NCBI RefSeq assembly: GCF_006345805.1
Contig: NC_042999.1
Coordinates: forward strand, 60,822,001-60,886,000
DNA from: Octopus sinensis
Lineage: Eukaryota
DNA length: 64,000 nucleotides
Reading direction: 5' to 3'
The translations under genes and the position numbers were made by a program. The notes below the pieces were generated by a model, which was not told the DNA's origin, made no database searches, and was given only the letters and a program-made list of their open reading frames with translations. Positions 50,670 to 64,000 of this stretch are shown one piece after another. Position 1 is the stretch's first letter. Every line of letters starts with the position of its first letter.

Positions 50670-52102
50670 CTCGGGGGCAAATTATAAATTTTGTATACAA
50701 GTTCTTTCTCGAGATAGTTGTTATTTAGCGGACAGCGGTTTGGGGACCTGATATTGCCTTGTCTTTCTGGAGTGTTCCTTGTGTGTTCATTTTTATTGTG
50801 ATTGAGTATTATTGACCCTACATTGGGGAGGCAATTATAGCTAACTTTACCAGTGTTTCTATTGAAGATCTTATGGTATTTGTGTGAATGTGGAAATTGG
50901 TTATATATATATATATATATAAATTAAGAATTCATAGCTATGTAAGTAGTTACATTCATGCTATAAGGTGGGTTGAACTATAATATTTTCCTCTGTCTGC
51001 ATCTTCATGGTCTATTTATATTTGATCCAATGTAATGTATGCTATTCGTGAAGTTGGACCCTGCTAATGCAGCATTTTATGGGGTGGCTTTTCCAAAAGT
51101 GCTCTTGTCGACGGATAAATTGGAGACAGGCATTTTGTTTAATTACTGCTGGTGGGCGGTTGGATCCTTTGTCTATGTAGGAGGGTTCTTCGCTTTGCTT
51201 TTGTTAGGGCTTAAATTTTCCTTCTTAAGTTTCATCTTAATGCGTAGGAAGTTGACTTCTTTAAGGTTTGGACTAATTCTTAGGCCTAATTGGTTCTTAG
51301 GCCTAATTGGTTCTTAGGCCTAATTGGCTAAATATTTAACATAATTGTTTCCTTATTCTATCCATATAATGGCCATTTTTACTGTGTACTACTCCCAGGC
51401 CATCTTCCCTGTATAAACTTATGTTAGCTCCTTTTATTTCTTTTATAAGGGCATCTAGGATATAAAGGCCTACAAGTTCAGCTATCTCTGCACAGTCATA
51501 GTACCCATTCCCACGTCAAATAACTCGTCTCCATTCACTTTTTTACCCAGTGGAAATTATCATTGGGTTCATAGTTATGTCTATATCGATATTTGTTATA
51601 GGGACATATGTTTTGCTAAATTCAAGTGCTTTCTTAAACAAGCTTTTGGAGATCGATGGGTAGAACTCTACGATATCGAATTGTACAAATTTGTATTTGT
51701 GTTTATCTTCTATTTTTTAAACCATTCAATAATTGCACTACTACGTATCCATTGGGTAAGATTTGAGTGTACTTTGATATGGCGAATAATATTATCTAAT
51801 ATAGATTTACTAATAATTCCTATTTCACTTTTTATGAGATTTATTTATCTACAGCTAAGATTTTGCGTGAAATTGTTTTTATGGACTTTCAGAGTTAAAA
51901 AAGGATTTCGTGAGATAAGCTTTTCTACTTTGTCTTCTATTTTAATATTTGTGGCTAGATATTTTGCTTCTATATTAATAGAATTATAAGAGGTATAGTT
52001 TATTTTCTTGCACGTTTTAGTTATGTTGTCGGTTAGTAGTTTGTTGTGTGTTTGGTTGTTTACTTCGTAAACATTTTTTGTTTTATCAGCTTTAATATGC
52101 AT
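50670..52102 (-). mobile_element. Decayed Penelope-like RT of a second lineage, with linker toward the endonuclease
   Basis: Minus strand: IKADKTKNVY..HNKLLTDNITK, FLTLKVHKNNF..CRLIN, KFVQFDIVEFYPSISK, FDVGMG.YDCAEIAELVGLYIL, LYREDGL (YRDD decayed), HKYHKIFNRNTGKVSYNCLPN..CPLN. Includes a 17-bp x3 internal repeat at 51277-51327. Confidence 0.85.
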
Positions 52103-52105
52103 GTT

Positions 52106-52314
52106 CTTTTATTTATTTATTTTTTTGTTTCAGTCATTTGACTGCAGCCATGCTGGAGCACCGCTTTTAGTCGAGCAAATCGACCACAGGACTAATTCTT
52201 TGTAAGCCTAGTACTTATTCTATCGGTCTCTTTTGCTGAACTGCTAAGTTACGGGGACGTAAACACACCAGGGTCAGTTGTCGAGCGATGTTGGTGAGGA
52301 CAAACACAGGCACA

Positions 52315-52363
<49 letters not shown>

Positions 52364-52559
52364 AAATACATATATATATATATATATACATATATACGAC
52401 GGGATTCTTTCGGTTTCCGTCTACGAAATCCACTCGCAAGGCTTTGGTCAGCCCGAGCCTATAGTAGAAGACACCTGCCCAAGGTGCCACGCAGTGGGAC
52501 TGAACCGGGAACCATGTTGTTGGTAAGCCAGCTACTTACCACACAGCCACTCTTGCGCC
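52106..52559 (-). mobile_element. SINE family A, full length
   Basis: Complete head, body, ~95-bp internal (CA)/(TA) tract and tail; truncates the adjacent PLE. Confidence 0.92.
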
Positions 52560-53002
52560 AATGTTCGTTGATGTTTTGAAAGGTTCGATGTATGTCTGTA
52601 ACGTGTGTTGGAACTTGTGGGATCTTTGGTTGAATTTTACATTTCTAACTAACTTTAAAGACCGTTTTGAAATCTTTCTAGATCTTTAATATGTAGTGTG
52701 TTTTTATAAGATCTGAAACCGTAATTATCCCCCTGCATTAGGGATGCACGAAAAAATAGGTCTTCCATTTCATTTTCTCAGAAGTTTTCTGTTTTTGTCA
52801 ATAAGATGGTTGATGTATACTTTCCTTGGTGGAATAGGAATATTTTTCAGTGATGTTATTCTTTCGTGTTTTTTTCCATGTTCGCTTTCACTGTTTAACC
52901 GGTGTTTGTTGACATCAGAAGCTTAGACACGAAAATGTCGAGCGATGAAATGAGAGCTCAACACCGCATTGGTAGCTATATAATTTCTTTATTTGCAATT
53001 TA

Positions 53003-53242
53003 AAGCTACCAGATAAAGGAGGAAAGTGACTTCACGACATTCAAACGCTCCCTCGATGATTACCTCGAACAAATAGCAGACAAACCACCCATACACGGAT
53101 ATGCCTCTGAAAACAATAACTCTCTGCTTGAATGGGCTATGGTACCCAAGAGTTGACTGTGCATCTCTTCAAGATCGTGCTATTAAATTAGACATGGCCT
53201 GGGCCCAACTTCGCCGGAAACTTATCAAAGTAATCCAAGTAA
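53003..53242 (+). mobile_element. 3' end of a CR1/L2-group LINE
   Basis: IKEESDFTTFKRSLDDYLEQIADKPPIHGYASENNNSLLEW matches the FKxxLDxxL..PD.P...GY...NSL C-terminus of CR1-group ORF2, followed by a short 3' UTR and aaagtaatccaagta tail. Confidence 0.7.
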
Positions 53243-53269
53243 TATATATATTTCAAGCGAACTACAATA

Positions 53270-53315
<46 letters not shown>

Positions 53316-54209
53316 TACATACATAAAAAATAAAAATAAAAATATATATATATATATATATGTATAGGCCTACTTTACTACATTTCTTTATTGGTTTGTA
53401 AGTTGCCGAATGAGAATGTTCCAGATCATTCTCCTACAAAGTAGTTGTGAATGACTGTGATAAGCCACCAACGGTCAAATATATACAAATTGCTTCATTA
53501 TAAAGAGGAAACAAATTTATATATTTTTGTTCTTGTTCTTGGCCTGCAGGTTTACCTAATGTTTAAGTATACTTGTAATCGAGTACGTTCCAAGATTTGT
53601 TAGAGTATTATTTTGAGATTATCATAAGCTTTGATTTCTACCATATTTTATTAGGGTAGGAATGGTTTACGACAAATTTGACTTCTTGCATCAGGGGCTT
53701 GAAACTACACACTGGCTCTTTCATTTTCGCATTGTCATAGTGTGAAAATAGCGAAATACATTCCAGCATGTCCCTCGATACCAGATCCTGTTGAAAACCT
53801 GTATATGCTTTTATTGCAGAACTGACATATCTATCAAGAATATAAAATATAAGCTGCGAAACGAATGACGCTCTAAAGAAGCTAAATTCCAAACGTCAAG
53901 TATTGAAAATAAATAGATATAGACTATTTATTAACCTTTTATAATCTTTACGTTTCTCTACGTCTCTTCACTTATGTATTTCAATATACACACTAATATA
54001 CTATACACATAGAAACTCATATACAGCACTAAACAGACACACATATATTTACACATAAACAAACACAAGAACACTAACTTATATATATGCAGACATACAT
54101 ATTCACACATAAACGCACGCACACACACGCACATATATACATATATCAATACATGTATGTATATATATATATGTATATGTATATATATCTAGATATATAT
54201 ATATATGCA

Positions 54210-54252
<43 letters not shown>

Positions 54253-54265
54253 TATATATATATAA

Positions 54266-54303
<38 letters not shown>

Positions 54304-54661
54304 ATTTGTATTAGTCTGTTTTGTTTCTATTTCTAAAAGTTTTAACTGTAGTGTGATTTTGTGTTATTACTGTTCCTTTTTCTTTACAAATTTTCTTCTG
54401 GTCGGCTGCTTGAAGATTTCTTCTGCCTGATTCGCTTCCGATGCATAGCGCCCGAGGCTCTATAACTTACATTTGAAACACGTTTATGTCGCTCGGCAAT
54501 CCTTTGTATTGACTAATTAAATAAAACTAATGCATATATATATACATAAACACACGTACATACAGGGATACGCACAAACAGCACATACGTACGCACACGT
54601 TCATATATATGTAATATATATATATATATATGTACGTGTGTTTATGTATATATATATGCAT

Positions 54662-54726
<65 letters not shown>

Positions 54727-55930
54727 AACATACCCGCACACACATATATAATATATGTACACACTCATACACGTACATACGCCTTAATAAAACAGTGGGC
54801 TAGTTGTATTATGTATTACTATGTGCAAGAAAGAGTGAACTCAATAGCCTTTTAGAGTTAGATTTATAGTGAATATTTATAGTGAAAGTTCAAAGCCTTA
54901 GGTGATTAGTAGTTTCATCTCAATGTGTGAAATGCTAAAGAATGGAAGTAGCACTGATAAGATGTTGAGTAGCCTCCGGCCTCTGTGTGTAAGTCTATAA
55001 GTCTATATAATGTTTTTTTATAGGCAATAATTAGTATGAGTGAACTTGAGATAGGCGATGATGATGATGATGATGACGATGATGAAAAGCTTTTTATATA
55101 TTTATATGTGTGTGTATGTGTGTGTACAATATGTATGCACACACACGCACACACACAAACACGCACACATATATGTAATGCTGTTTTTATATCCTCATTG
55201 TGGTGACGAGGTATAAAATAAGTTTCAATAAAATTATTATATTACTAACTTGGGTGTTGTCCAGATAGGTAACGTAACGTGCTAATTAAGATATATTAAA
55301 TATCTGATGGTGAGCTTCGTGGTAATAATGAAGTGCATATAGTTTCTTGGTACGGGTTTGTGTGGTCATGTAAAGGTGTGTATTGGTGTTTATATGGTTT
55401 GCGGTTTAATTTCTGGGGTCAAAGACAAGTAGAAAGATAAGTGTAAAGGGATATGGGAGGTAGTAAGAAGTGTAATGGCTTGGTTGGGTATGAGATATTT
55501 GTGTATGTATATGTGTGTGTATGTGTGTCTATGTTTGTGTTTCTTTGTGTGTCGTAGTGTCCAACCGCAGCAGTCGCTTGGAGCTGAATTTGTAATACCT
55601 CGAGGACGAAGATTGTTTCAGTTCATATTAGTTTGAAACGGTCTCGAATACTCTTGACACAAGTAACAGCTCTTGTTGTTTTGTAGGAGATTGTAATTTG
55701 TTCTGACCAGTTAATTTATGTGTAGTTACATACACTGTTAACTGAAAAAAAGAAACTGATTCCCTGATATCATGGGTGTTTGTGAAGGGAGAAACCTTTT
55801 AAAGCAAAACAGTCGTCAGTAAGGGATATCTAGAATAGTAAACTCTAAGAAGTAATGGCTGTTGCTGACTATTTAAAGAAATATATCTTTGAATCCACTC
55901 GACATCGTTGTTGGTACTTGAATCATAGGA

Positions 55931-56253
55931 GCACTCCGTCGGTTGCAACGACGAGGGTCCCAGCTGGTACGATCAACCGAACAGCTTGCTCGTGAAAATA
56001 ACGTGCATGTGGCTGAGCACTCCACAAACACGTGTACCCTTAACGTAGTTCTCGGGGAGATTCAGCGTGACACAGAGTGTGACAAGGCTGACCCTTTCAA
56101 ATACAGGTACTACTCATTTTTGCTAGCTGAGTGGACTGGAGCAACGTAAAATAAAGTGTCTTGCTCAAGGACACAATGCGCCGCCAGGAATCGAAATCAC
56201 GACCCTACGATTATGAGGCGAATGCCCCTAACAGCTAAGCGACGCATCTTCAC
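55931..56253 (-). mobile_element. tRNA-derived SINE, family B1
   Basis: Reverse-complement homologue of 34636-34957 over its full length. Confidence 0.88.
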
Positions 56254-57511
56254 ACTAGAATCATGCATACTCTTACGTGAATAAACTACAATTCCAAGCT
56301 TCATGAGCGAATAACGTTGCACTGTGCAAGATACTGTAACTTATGATTATATGTTTTATTCTATTTTTAATCTCCAAGCAAGATTTCATGTTAAAATCAT
56401 CCAGTTCAGTGACTAGCACAAGCATGTGTTGCATGGATGTTCTCCTAAATGAATTTCGGTGAGCTACGTATAACATAACAACGGTGGCTGTTACTTTCAT
56501 TACAGAGCACATTCATTCGATGAAGTTTTAAAAGCGTTGTCTTTTCTGGATACGCTGCTATGTATTACATTTACACTAGATTTGCAATTAAGCGTTACTG
56601 TTATTCTTTCGCTAGTGTGGTGCATAGAACGATTCGCATTTTATATTTTACAAAAAAATTTATGAATCATATATTGTATCTTTAAAATACTATTACGCTC
56701 ACAAATAGAGCACTACGCAAGATTGTGACCATACCCTAAACATTCTGACATTTCACAATAGCATGCAGAATGTTCAAGTTGCATAGTTCTTTGCTACTTT
56801 CGTCTCTACAAAATTTTGTCATGAACACAAATTTGGACGCTGGTCCTATTGTAAGGTATTTAGAAGTTCTGCATTGTAATTTTTGGTTTGCCAAACTTAG
56901 GAATTTGCATTGCCTAAATATCAATAGCTCTATCTCAACGAAAAGCAAAGTTACAGAAATTTCGATGATATATGAAATTGAACAAGACCTGGTAGAGGAG
57001 GGCCTTCCATCAGAGAGATATATGACGCGGTGCAGAAAAAGCAGAAAGGATGCTGCAAGAGAAAACCGAGAGTCTAACTATAGAGAAACAGTATAAAGTG
57101 AAGACCGGTAAGAAAAGTTGGCGATGACCTATGCTCTACAGGAGTCGATGACTTTAAGTATCTTGCTTAATGTTGTGGCTTTCCATCGTTTTAACATTTT
57201 ATGGAGTCTTTTCTTAACTTCATTTTCTGTTCACCACATTTTATTCCTAAATTCCTTTCATTAGTTCTTTCATAAGCATAATAATTCATTTGAAACTTTA
57301 ATCTATTATTACTTATTCTTATTTGTGATTCAAAATATTCTTGAGCATGTTGAGATATTACCGACCTGAAACCCGTTCTGTCACTTTTTAATTAATGATC
57401 AATGAACATTTAGTGCAGCGATTTCTGAGTAAAGAAAATACATGTGAATATGACAGTCTAACTGAACAGTTTGAATTTTCAAATCAGGATTGAAATATTA
57501 GAAATAGAAAA

Positions 57512-57727
57512 TAAGTCGGCATGTCTGCAGAATGGATAGCATGCCTGTCAAAATACTTAGCGGTATTTCGACTGTCTTGATGTTCTGTCTTCAAATTCAG
57601 TCGAGGTCGACTTTGCCTTTCATCTTTTTCATGTCGATGAAGTAAGTAGCAATTGAGTTACTGGAGTCAGTGTAATTGGTTTACTCACACCTGAGAAATT
57701 GCTGGCCTTGTGCCCGAATTTGAAACC
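57512..57727 (+). mobile_element. Degenerate SINE family C2
   Basis: 18-bp TSD aatattagaaatagaaaa at 57494-57511 and 57728-57745. Confidence 0.8.
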
Positions 57728-57974
57728 AATATTAGAAATAGAAAACGGAGGTGGTGCTGAATGTCGCCTAGCACTTTATTTTCTCCTAAAAATGTTTACA
57801 TCTGAAAATTCATTTCACGAGTTAACTATGTGAAACAAAGAGAAAAGCCTATAAATTCTAGCATCTGTTTTGCTTACTCCTTTATGGGCTGGACTAGCTA
57901 TAACGTCTTAAACTTCTTTAAATGTCAAGCAAACTATATGTAAATGGAAACGTATATGCCGCTGCTTTAACATA

Positions 57975-58822
57975 CAGGGTGTTTAAAAAAATCTGATATC
58001 ATTTGAGATGTAAATATCACAGAAACTACATAGTCAAAGTAATTGAAACTAAAAAAGGCTTAATGTTGAGTAACATAAGGTTTATTCCTCCAAATTTGAA
58101 TGAGAAATTTAAAGGTAAGTGAATTCCATGAACGATCTCACAAATGTTCAATATGCGCACCGTCCAAACATACTGCTGCATGTCTTGGGTAACTGTCTCC
58201 AATGCGGTAGTGATTCTCTGCTCGAGTTCTTCTAGGTTTGCAGGAAGAGCGGGGACACAGACCAGGCCCTTCACCTAACCTCATGTTTGCGCTTTCGCTT
58301 GTCATCAGCCGTTATGGCCTGAACGAACTGCAGCTTGTAGGATTCCAGTAGCATATTTTTCCTCAGGATGCGCCAAACTGTCGTTGTTGGAATCTGGGTT
58401 TCCAGACTTATTCTTATGATGGACTTCTTGGGGCTCCGCAAGAGTTTTGGGGTAACCCGCTCGATCGCCTCTTCCCATGTCAGTGGTCGTCTAGATCCTT
58501 TTGCCCTGCTCAGACAGCCTTCCCCTTTGAATTTGTTTTGCCATGTCCAAATCTGCATTGCCGTTGGTGACTTTTTACAGAACTCGCTCACAAATGCACG
58601 CTGCAGTCTTTTTCGACTGTGTTCGAGCATATTCCAACAAACAAAACGCCTTTTCTCTTCCAGTGAATGTCATTTCTATACCTGAAAAGATAAACATATC
58701 AAACATTACGCATAAAATTTCGACCTGTTTCTACACATGTTGTTAACATCTGAAGTCATTTGAACAAGAACTGGCAAAGTTATAAGATTGCGAAATGATA
58801 TCAAAGTTTTTGAAATACCCTG
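57975..58822 (-). mobile_element. Internally deleted Tc1/mariner-superfamily transposon (848 bp)
   Basis: TA flanks, TIRs cagggtgtttaaaaaaatctgatatcattt / cagggtatttcaaaaactttgatatcattt. N-terminal HTH (QRAF..KF...GC..RAKGSRRP..RSPKKS..TTVWRILRK..YKLQFVQ) is joined to the C-terminus (PANLEELEQRITTAL); the DDD/E core is missing. Confidence 0.88.
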
Positions 58823-59000
58823 TATTTATGCACTAACGTTTGGCTATGGCATTGTTTATACTGTTACTACCATACTTTTATATATATTGTGTTGTGCCGC
58901 TCGCGCTCGTAAGGATTATGAATATTAAAATATGTATATATGTATGTATATATATATATATATTATATATATATATATATATAGATATATATATATATAT

Positions 59001-59045
<45 letters not shown>

Positions 59046-59070
59046 ATATATAATATATATATATATATAC

Positions 59071-59174
<104 letters not shown>

Positions 59175-59329
59175 GTATATATATACATCTACACACTCAC
59201 ACACACAAATATATATATTTATGCATAGATATAAAAAGATATCCATATATGTGTATATGTGTGTATGTGTGTACACGTGTGTGTGTGTGTGATATTTTGC
59301 AAACAACATGCAAGTGCTACCAGTCGAAA

Positions 59330-60172
59330 GCTCAGCATACCGAAAGCCAGCACGTGTATGGGGCCTCCCTCGTGACGGTGTCGTTGAGAAATGAGATGAA
59401 GCCCCACTTACTAGAGCAAATGTTAATGAGGAACCATTAACTCGACTATATTTACCACTTTCTTTCTTTCACAACATATTATTATATCCGGTTTATTTCT
59501 AATTGGAATGGGAAAAAAATCCTTGGCACCGTGGTAAATCTGCAGCCTCCTCTCAATAGCCGTTCCACTTTTCATCGCTCACAGGAAGTTTCTTCTTCTT
59601 CTTGAAACGGATCTGCTGTTCGAGCGCAGGATTGTAATGAAATCTCTGGTTGATTCTTTCAATGGGTTTTTACCACTGTTGACAAGAGCAATTTGGTCTG
59701 TGTAGCATTGAAGATAACTTTAAGGTTCAGGTCGTGTCTCCATGTATATTTATTCAATACCAGTGAACAACTGGAAGGAATATGTTTCATTCTTCCCACT
59801 TTTCTGCATCTGCATGTATCATTTTCTGAGACGTTCCATATTACTAGATTTGTAGGCGATAGCAAAACAACGTAGGCTAAACGTATCAGAATACTTAGCC
59901 GTGATGTATTCCACCTCCATATCTCATTCCAACTTATTTTCCTCCCATTATCCCTGCCATTTTGTTATCTGTCCTTGCAGAGCACACTGGATCAAATGAA
60001 ATTCTCTTCTCTCTGTTTCCCTTGGTTTGGCGCTGTTGCTAACAACAGATCTGCGATCGCTATGCATCCAGGTCTCAAATCCAAGTCCCTTCCGATGAAT
60101 TTGCGTTGCACCCACCATATCCCGGTATGATCTTAGTATCTGATTCTGCTTTCCACTCCCTGACTATTTTAG
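59330..60172 (-). mobile_element. Decayed HERO-like REL non-LTR retrotransposon, 3' part
   Basis: Minus strand: RKISWNEIWRW..RLSILIR..VLLSPTNLVIW..DTCRC..KHIPSSC..KYTWRHD (CCHC + RH), then [19 protein letters not shown] (PD..E nuclease). Upstream HRKGLG motif. Confidence 0.75.
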
Positions 60173-60208
60173 CTCTGTTTATACATACATACATACATAC
60201 ACACATAC

Positions 60209-60278
<70 letters not shown>

Positions 60279-61458
60279 TCCCTCATTCTCCATCTGCCAA
60301 AACAAGGTGTTGTTCCTTTCTATGCTTTCATGTTGACCCGCGAAGCACAGAGTAACGAAATATAGAAGTTTCAAAAGCATTGAATGATTAAACATACTTG
60401 CTCTATGTATTCGCTACATTTTCTCCCATCTGTAAATTCAAACTTATACATACATTCATTCGGTGTATTTGATTTTGCTTGCCATTTAGTCGGATATTGT
60501 CCTACCACCTATAACCTCACACCTATATTACAACTTGCCATTTCAGTCTCTAACTAGCGTTACATACATTTATCAAGTTCATTACCAAACTCCAAAGAAT
60601 TTCTAAGTGCCTTGGAGGAAGAAGCCTGTCCGAAACGTCAGAATATATTTCGTTTCATGTTACACGAACTTATCTTGATTTACAAATTACTGTTCAATTT
60701 ACACAGATAAGCCCGAAACGAAATATAATAAAGTATTCTTCCTTGCATTCCATTCTGCATCTAATTGTAGATATAAATGTGAATAAGTCACAACTGAAAA
60801 GCTGATTAGAAAGATAACAGAGTGGCACAAGAAACACTGTTTCATATAAGAAAAAAACTTAATAAGAAAGAGAAAGAGGGAGCGAAAGAGAACGAAACAA
60901 ACAGAAGATAATAAAAGGAGAATTCCGTTAATGGTTTTGTGGAGAACACTAGATGGTAAAAAAAAAAAAATAAAGCATTCTATAGAACTTCTTTTGAGGA
61001 AAATAATACTATTTTGGAAAATAAACTAGCGCAAATATCTCGTGATGAAGTAGAAAAAACCCAGGAGCCTGATGCGTGCCCTATAGAATCTATCATTAAG
61101 AGGTATTGTGAAGATTCGCATGAAGCTAAGGGAAGTGGGATATTTATGCATTGAGCTTACGTGTGGCTTCCCATGGAATGATGCTGATTTGCTTATTAGA
61201 CAAATCGCATCTAGATACAATTATATGCAACATAGAATGAGGTCAAATGGAATTTATATACCTGGCACATAAGATTGAGAGATAATCGGTTTAAGAATAT
61301 AACGATAGCGCTCTATAATATGAGTCAAGCTAACATGAGATAAGATAATATAAAAATTATAGTAATGAATATTGATTTAATAGATATTAATAAAATAAAA
61401 AAATATTCCCTAATATAATATTTGAATGATATTCTTGAGAGATTCCAAACAAAAAATC

Positions 61459-61459
<1 letters not shown>

Positions 61460-61525
<66 letters not shown>
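61460..61525. repeat. (TAA)n microsatellite, unoccupied
   Basis: Pure TAA tract with no recognisable element at either edge. Confidence 0.95.
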
Positions 61526-61528
<3 letters not shown>

Positions 61529-62837
61529 TTCATTGTATGATATTGAGATATAACGTATATGTAGGTTAATTTGAAACGTTAAAGTAGATAAAAATCACCA
61601 TTATTAATGGCATCAGTTATAGAAAAGGATATTTAGTCTGAGATTATTGGTACGAAAAAGAGAGCAAGAAAATTAATTGAAAAAACAAATGTTGCTGAAT
61701 TGTAAAAGAAAATCTTCTGAATAGATACAAAAAGATAAATTTGATAAATGTGAATGTATAGCCTCTACATAGTTCGAGATAAGAAGAAAAACGACTGAAT
61801 TGCAATATCATAATTGGAAAATGCTACGTATAATACCATGCAAAAAAGGATTGAAAATATTTTAAAGAGAAAATCAGATAAATACTTCTATCAAAGTAAG
61901 TAGAAAATAAACGATTGCTGCAGATTTGATTGTTTAGAGCTAATGAAGTCATTGTGCAAAACATCTGACTATATACAGTATCGGGAAATCAGATGAAAAA
62001 CATATTGAAAATAAGGAAAAAAAAAATGAACAGTGAAACGATATCTAGGTTAAAGATAAAGAATGTTTTAAAACTTTTGTCGGTGTATAAAATGTAAGGT
62101 AAATTCTGAAACTTCAGATTTAGGAGAAAGTCTTAATTTTATGATAAATTACAGAATTGCACACCTCAGGTCAGAGCTTGTTTAAATAAACTAAGATATG
62201 AATTACCAATACATACTTCGTTTACAGATTTATCGATTTTTTGTTGACACTAATTGTAGATGAAATTTAAATAGGAACTGAACGTTAGCAGAAACAATGT
62301 ATTATAACCATACAAACTAACTTGTGCATCCACATCTTCAAAAGTAACTGAATCGCAATAATGTGGAAAATGAGGATCTAAAATAAAACCAGAGTTATGG
62401 GCTAGATATAGGTGTTTCTAGATAAGTTAAATTGATACCATACACCAACTGCGTACAAATCATTGAATACACTAGCATCATAACAAGTGATCTACAACTT
62501 GATTGCCAATGAGATGAAAATCATGTACCGTGAGAGATTTATGACTTAGATATGAATCAGATTTACTGTTTCCAAGATTTGCAAGGCGGATGTCAGGAAG
62601 ATAGTGACGTCCACTGATATTCATGCTGGGGAATTCTAATTAGTCAATTACCTAGAGAATTAGGCGTATGTAAGTAATTATTGAGTCTATTATAGTTTAG
62701 AACTCACTGGATCAGCTGGTGAATAACAAAAAAAATATTAGTAGTAAATAGGTCGCTATTAAAGAAAATGTTGGTCGTTGACGTTGAGCGGCATAAGTGG
62801 GCATTTTTTTTCCAGGTAAAAATGGAAACAGTATTAT

Positions 62838-63567
62838 GTTGAACTGGTAGAAATGTTAGGAAACCGGGCGAAATGCTTAGCGGTATTTCGTCTGCCGCTA
62901 CGTTCTGAGTTCAAATTCCGCCGAGGTAGACTTTGCCTTTCATCCTTTCGGGGTCGATAAATAAGTATAATCGACTTAATCCGTTTGCCTGTCCTTGTTT
63001 GTTCCTTCTGTGTTTAGCCCCTTGTGGGTAGTAAAGAAATAGGTATTTCGTCTGCCGCTACGTTGTGAGTTCAAATTCCGCCGAGTTCGACTTTACCTTT
63101 CATCCTTTCGGGGTCGATTACGCACTAGGGTCGATATAATCAACTTAATCCGTTTGTCTGTCCTTGTTTGTTCCCTCTGTGTTTAGCCCCTTGTGGGTTG
63201 TAAAGAAATAGGTATTTCGTCTGCCGCTACGTTGTGAGTTCAAATTCCGCCGAGTTCGACTTTACCTTTCATCCTTTCGGGGTCGATTACGCACTAGGGT
63301 CGATATAATCAACTTAATCCGTTTGTCTGTCCTTGTTTGTTCCCTCTGTGTTTAGCCCCTTGTGGGTTGTAAAGAAATAGGTATTTCGTCTGCCGCTACG
63401 TTGTGAGTTCAAATTCAACCGAGGACGACTTTGCCTTTCATCCTTTCGGGGTCGATTAAATAAGTACCAGTTACGCACTGGGGTCGATATAATCGCCTTA
63501 ATCCGTTTATCTGTCCTTGTTTGTCTCCTCTGTGTTTAGTCCCTTGTGGGTAGTAAAGAAACAGGTA
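62838..63567 (+). mobile_element. Family C SINE multimer: one head + four tandem bodies
   Basis: Unit start ggtatttcgtctgccgctacg at 62882, 63042, 63211 and 63380 (units 160, 169, 169, ~184 bp). Each junction is aaagaaata|ggtatttcg. Confidence 0.92.
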
Positions 63568-64000
63568 TGTAACAACCAGTTGGTGAGTTTGGCAAAGAGT
63601 TAAATCTGCGTCCATATGTAGTCTTAGGATAAGCCGGTGGAAATGTTTTCCACCAGTGCTTTGTGTTTTATTAATAAATAGTAAGATGGCTTAAACGATG
63701 ATGTAAGCGGAATGGAAGACTCATATTATGAGGAATGAGAAAGTAAATTGTGTTAATAAAAGTGTAGAAAATGGGAAGATGGGTGTGGCGGATAGGCAAC
63801 TTATATTTCCTCGCACATACGTATGCATTTACAGATATGTATACAAACACACGTGTATACATGCACACACAAACACAGACGCAAACACACACACACACAC
63901 ATACACACACAAACACAGACACACACACATGCACAGACATATGCCTATGGAGCCGTATGTATGCACAGGTGTTGGACAAAATGATGGATAGACATAGCAT

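Noticed and set aside
56770-57096. 108-aa + strand ORF
   Set aside because: No clear domain; at most a faint resemblance to an RTE-type LINE C-terminus. Too weak to call.
60950-62450. Long A-rich + strand stretch suggestive of a very old LINE ORF2
   Set aside because: No diagnostic RT or endonuclease motif could be recovered.
62882-63563. Regularly spaced repeats superficially like a CRISPR array (also the 810- and 848-bp arrays)
   Set aside because: The whole units repeat with no unique spacers, there are no cas genes, and the context is eukaryotic. They are tandem SINE or element copies.

Overview
Animal (eukaryotic) genomic DNA, very AT-rich and saturated with (TA)n/(CA)n/(CATA)n/(TAA)n microsatellites. 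The SINE and LINE families look like those of octopus (coleoid cephalopod); this is recalled from known family sequences, not from a search. I cannot support any intact host gene, tRNA/rRNA gene or CRISPR array. Nearly all ORFs in the track are microsatellite read-throughs or transposon fragments, so the window looks intergenic or deep-intronic. Contents: (1) a 6.8-kb nest in which a near-complete R4/Dong-type REL LINE (9533-13492, -), an older Dong fragment and two copies of a ~540-bp non-coding element all sit in (TAA)n tracts; (2) a HERO-like REL LINE relic and a CR1-like 3' end; (3) four Penelope-like (PLE) RT/GIY-YIG relics plus PLE-type termini, one with a minimal type I hammerhead ribozyme fold (49435-49472); (4) three internally deleted Tc1/mariner elements, a non-autonomous Helitron and a 135-bp solo LTR; (5) about 30 copies of at least four tRNA-derived SINE families, one of which forms head-less tandem multimers with a fixed junction; (6) two recent tandem duplications (~810 and ~848 bp units) and short locally templated duplications. 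The best leads are the (TAA)n-targeting LINE with a putative non-autonomous partner, the variant-core hammerhead, and the SINE multimers.
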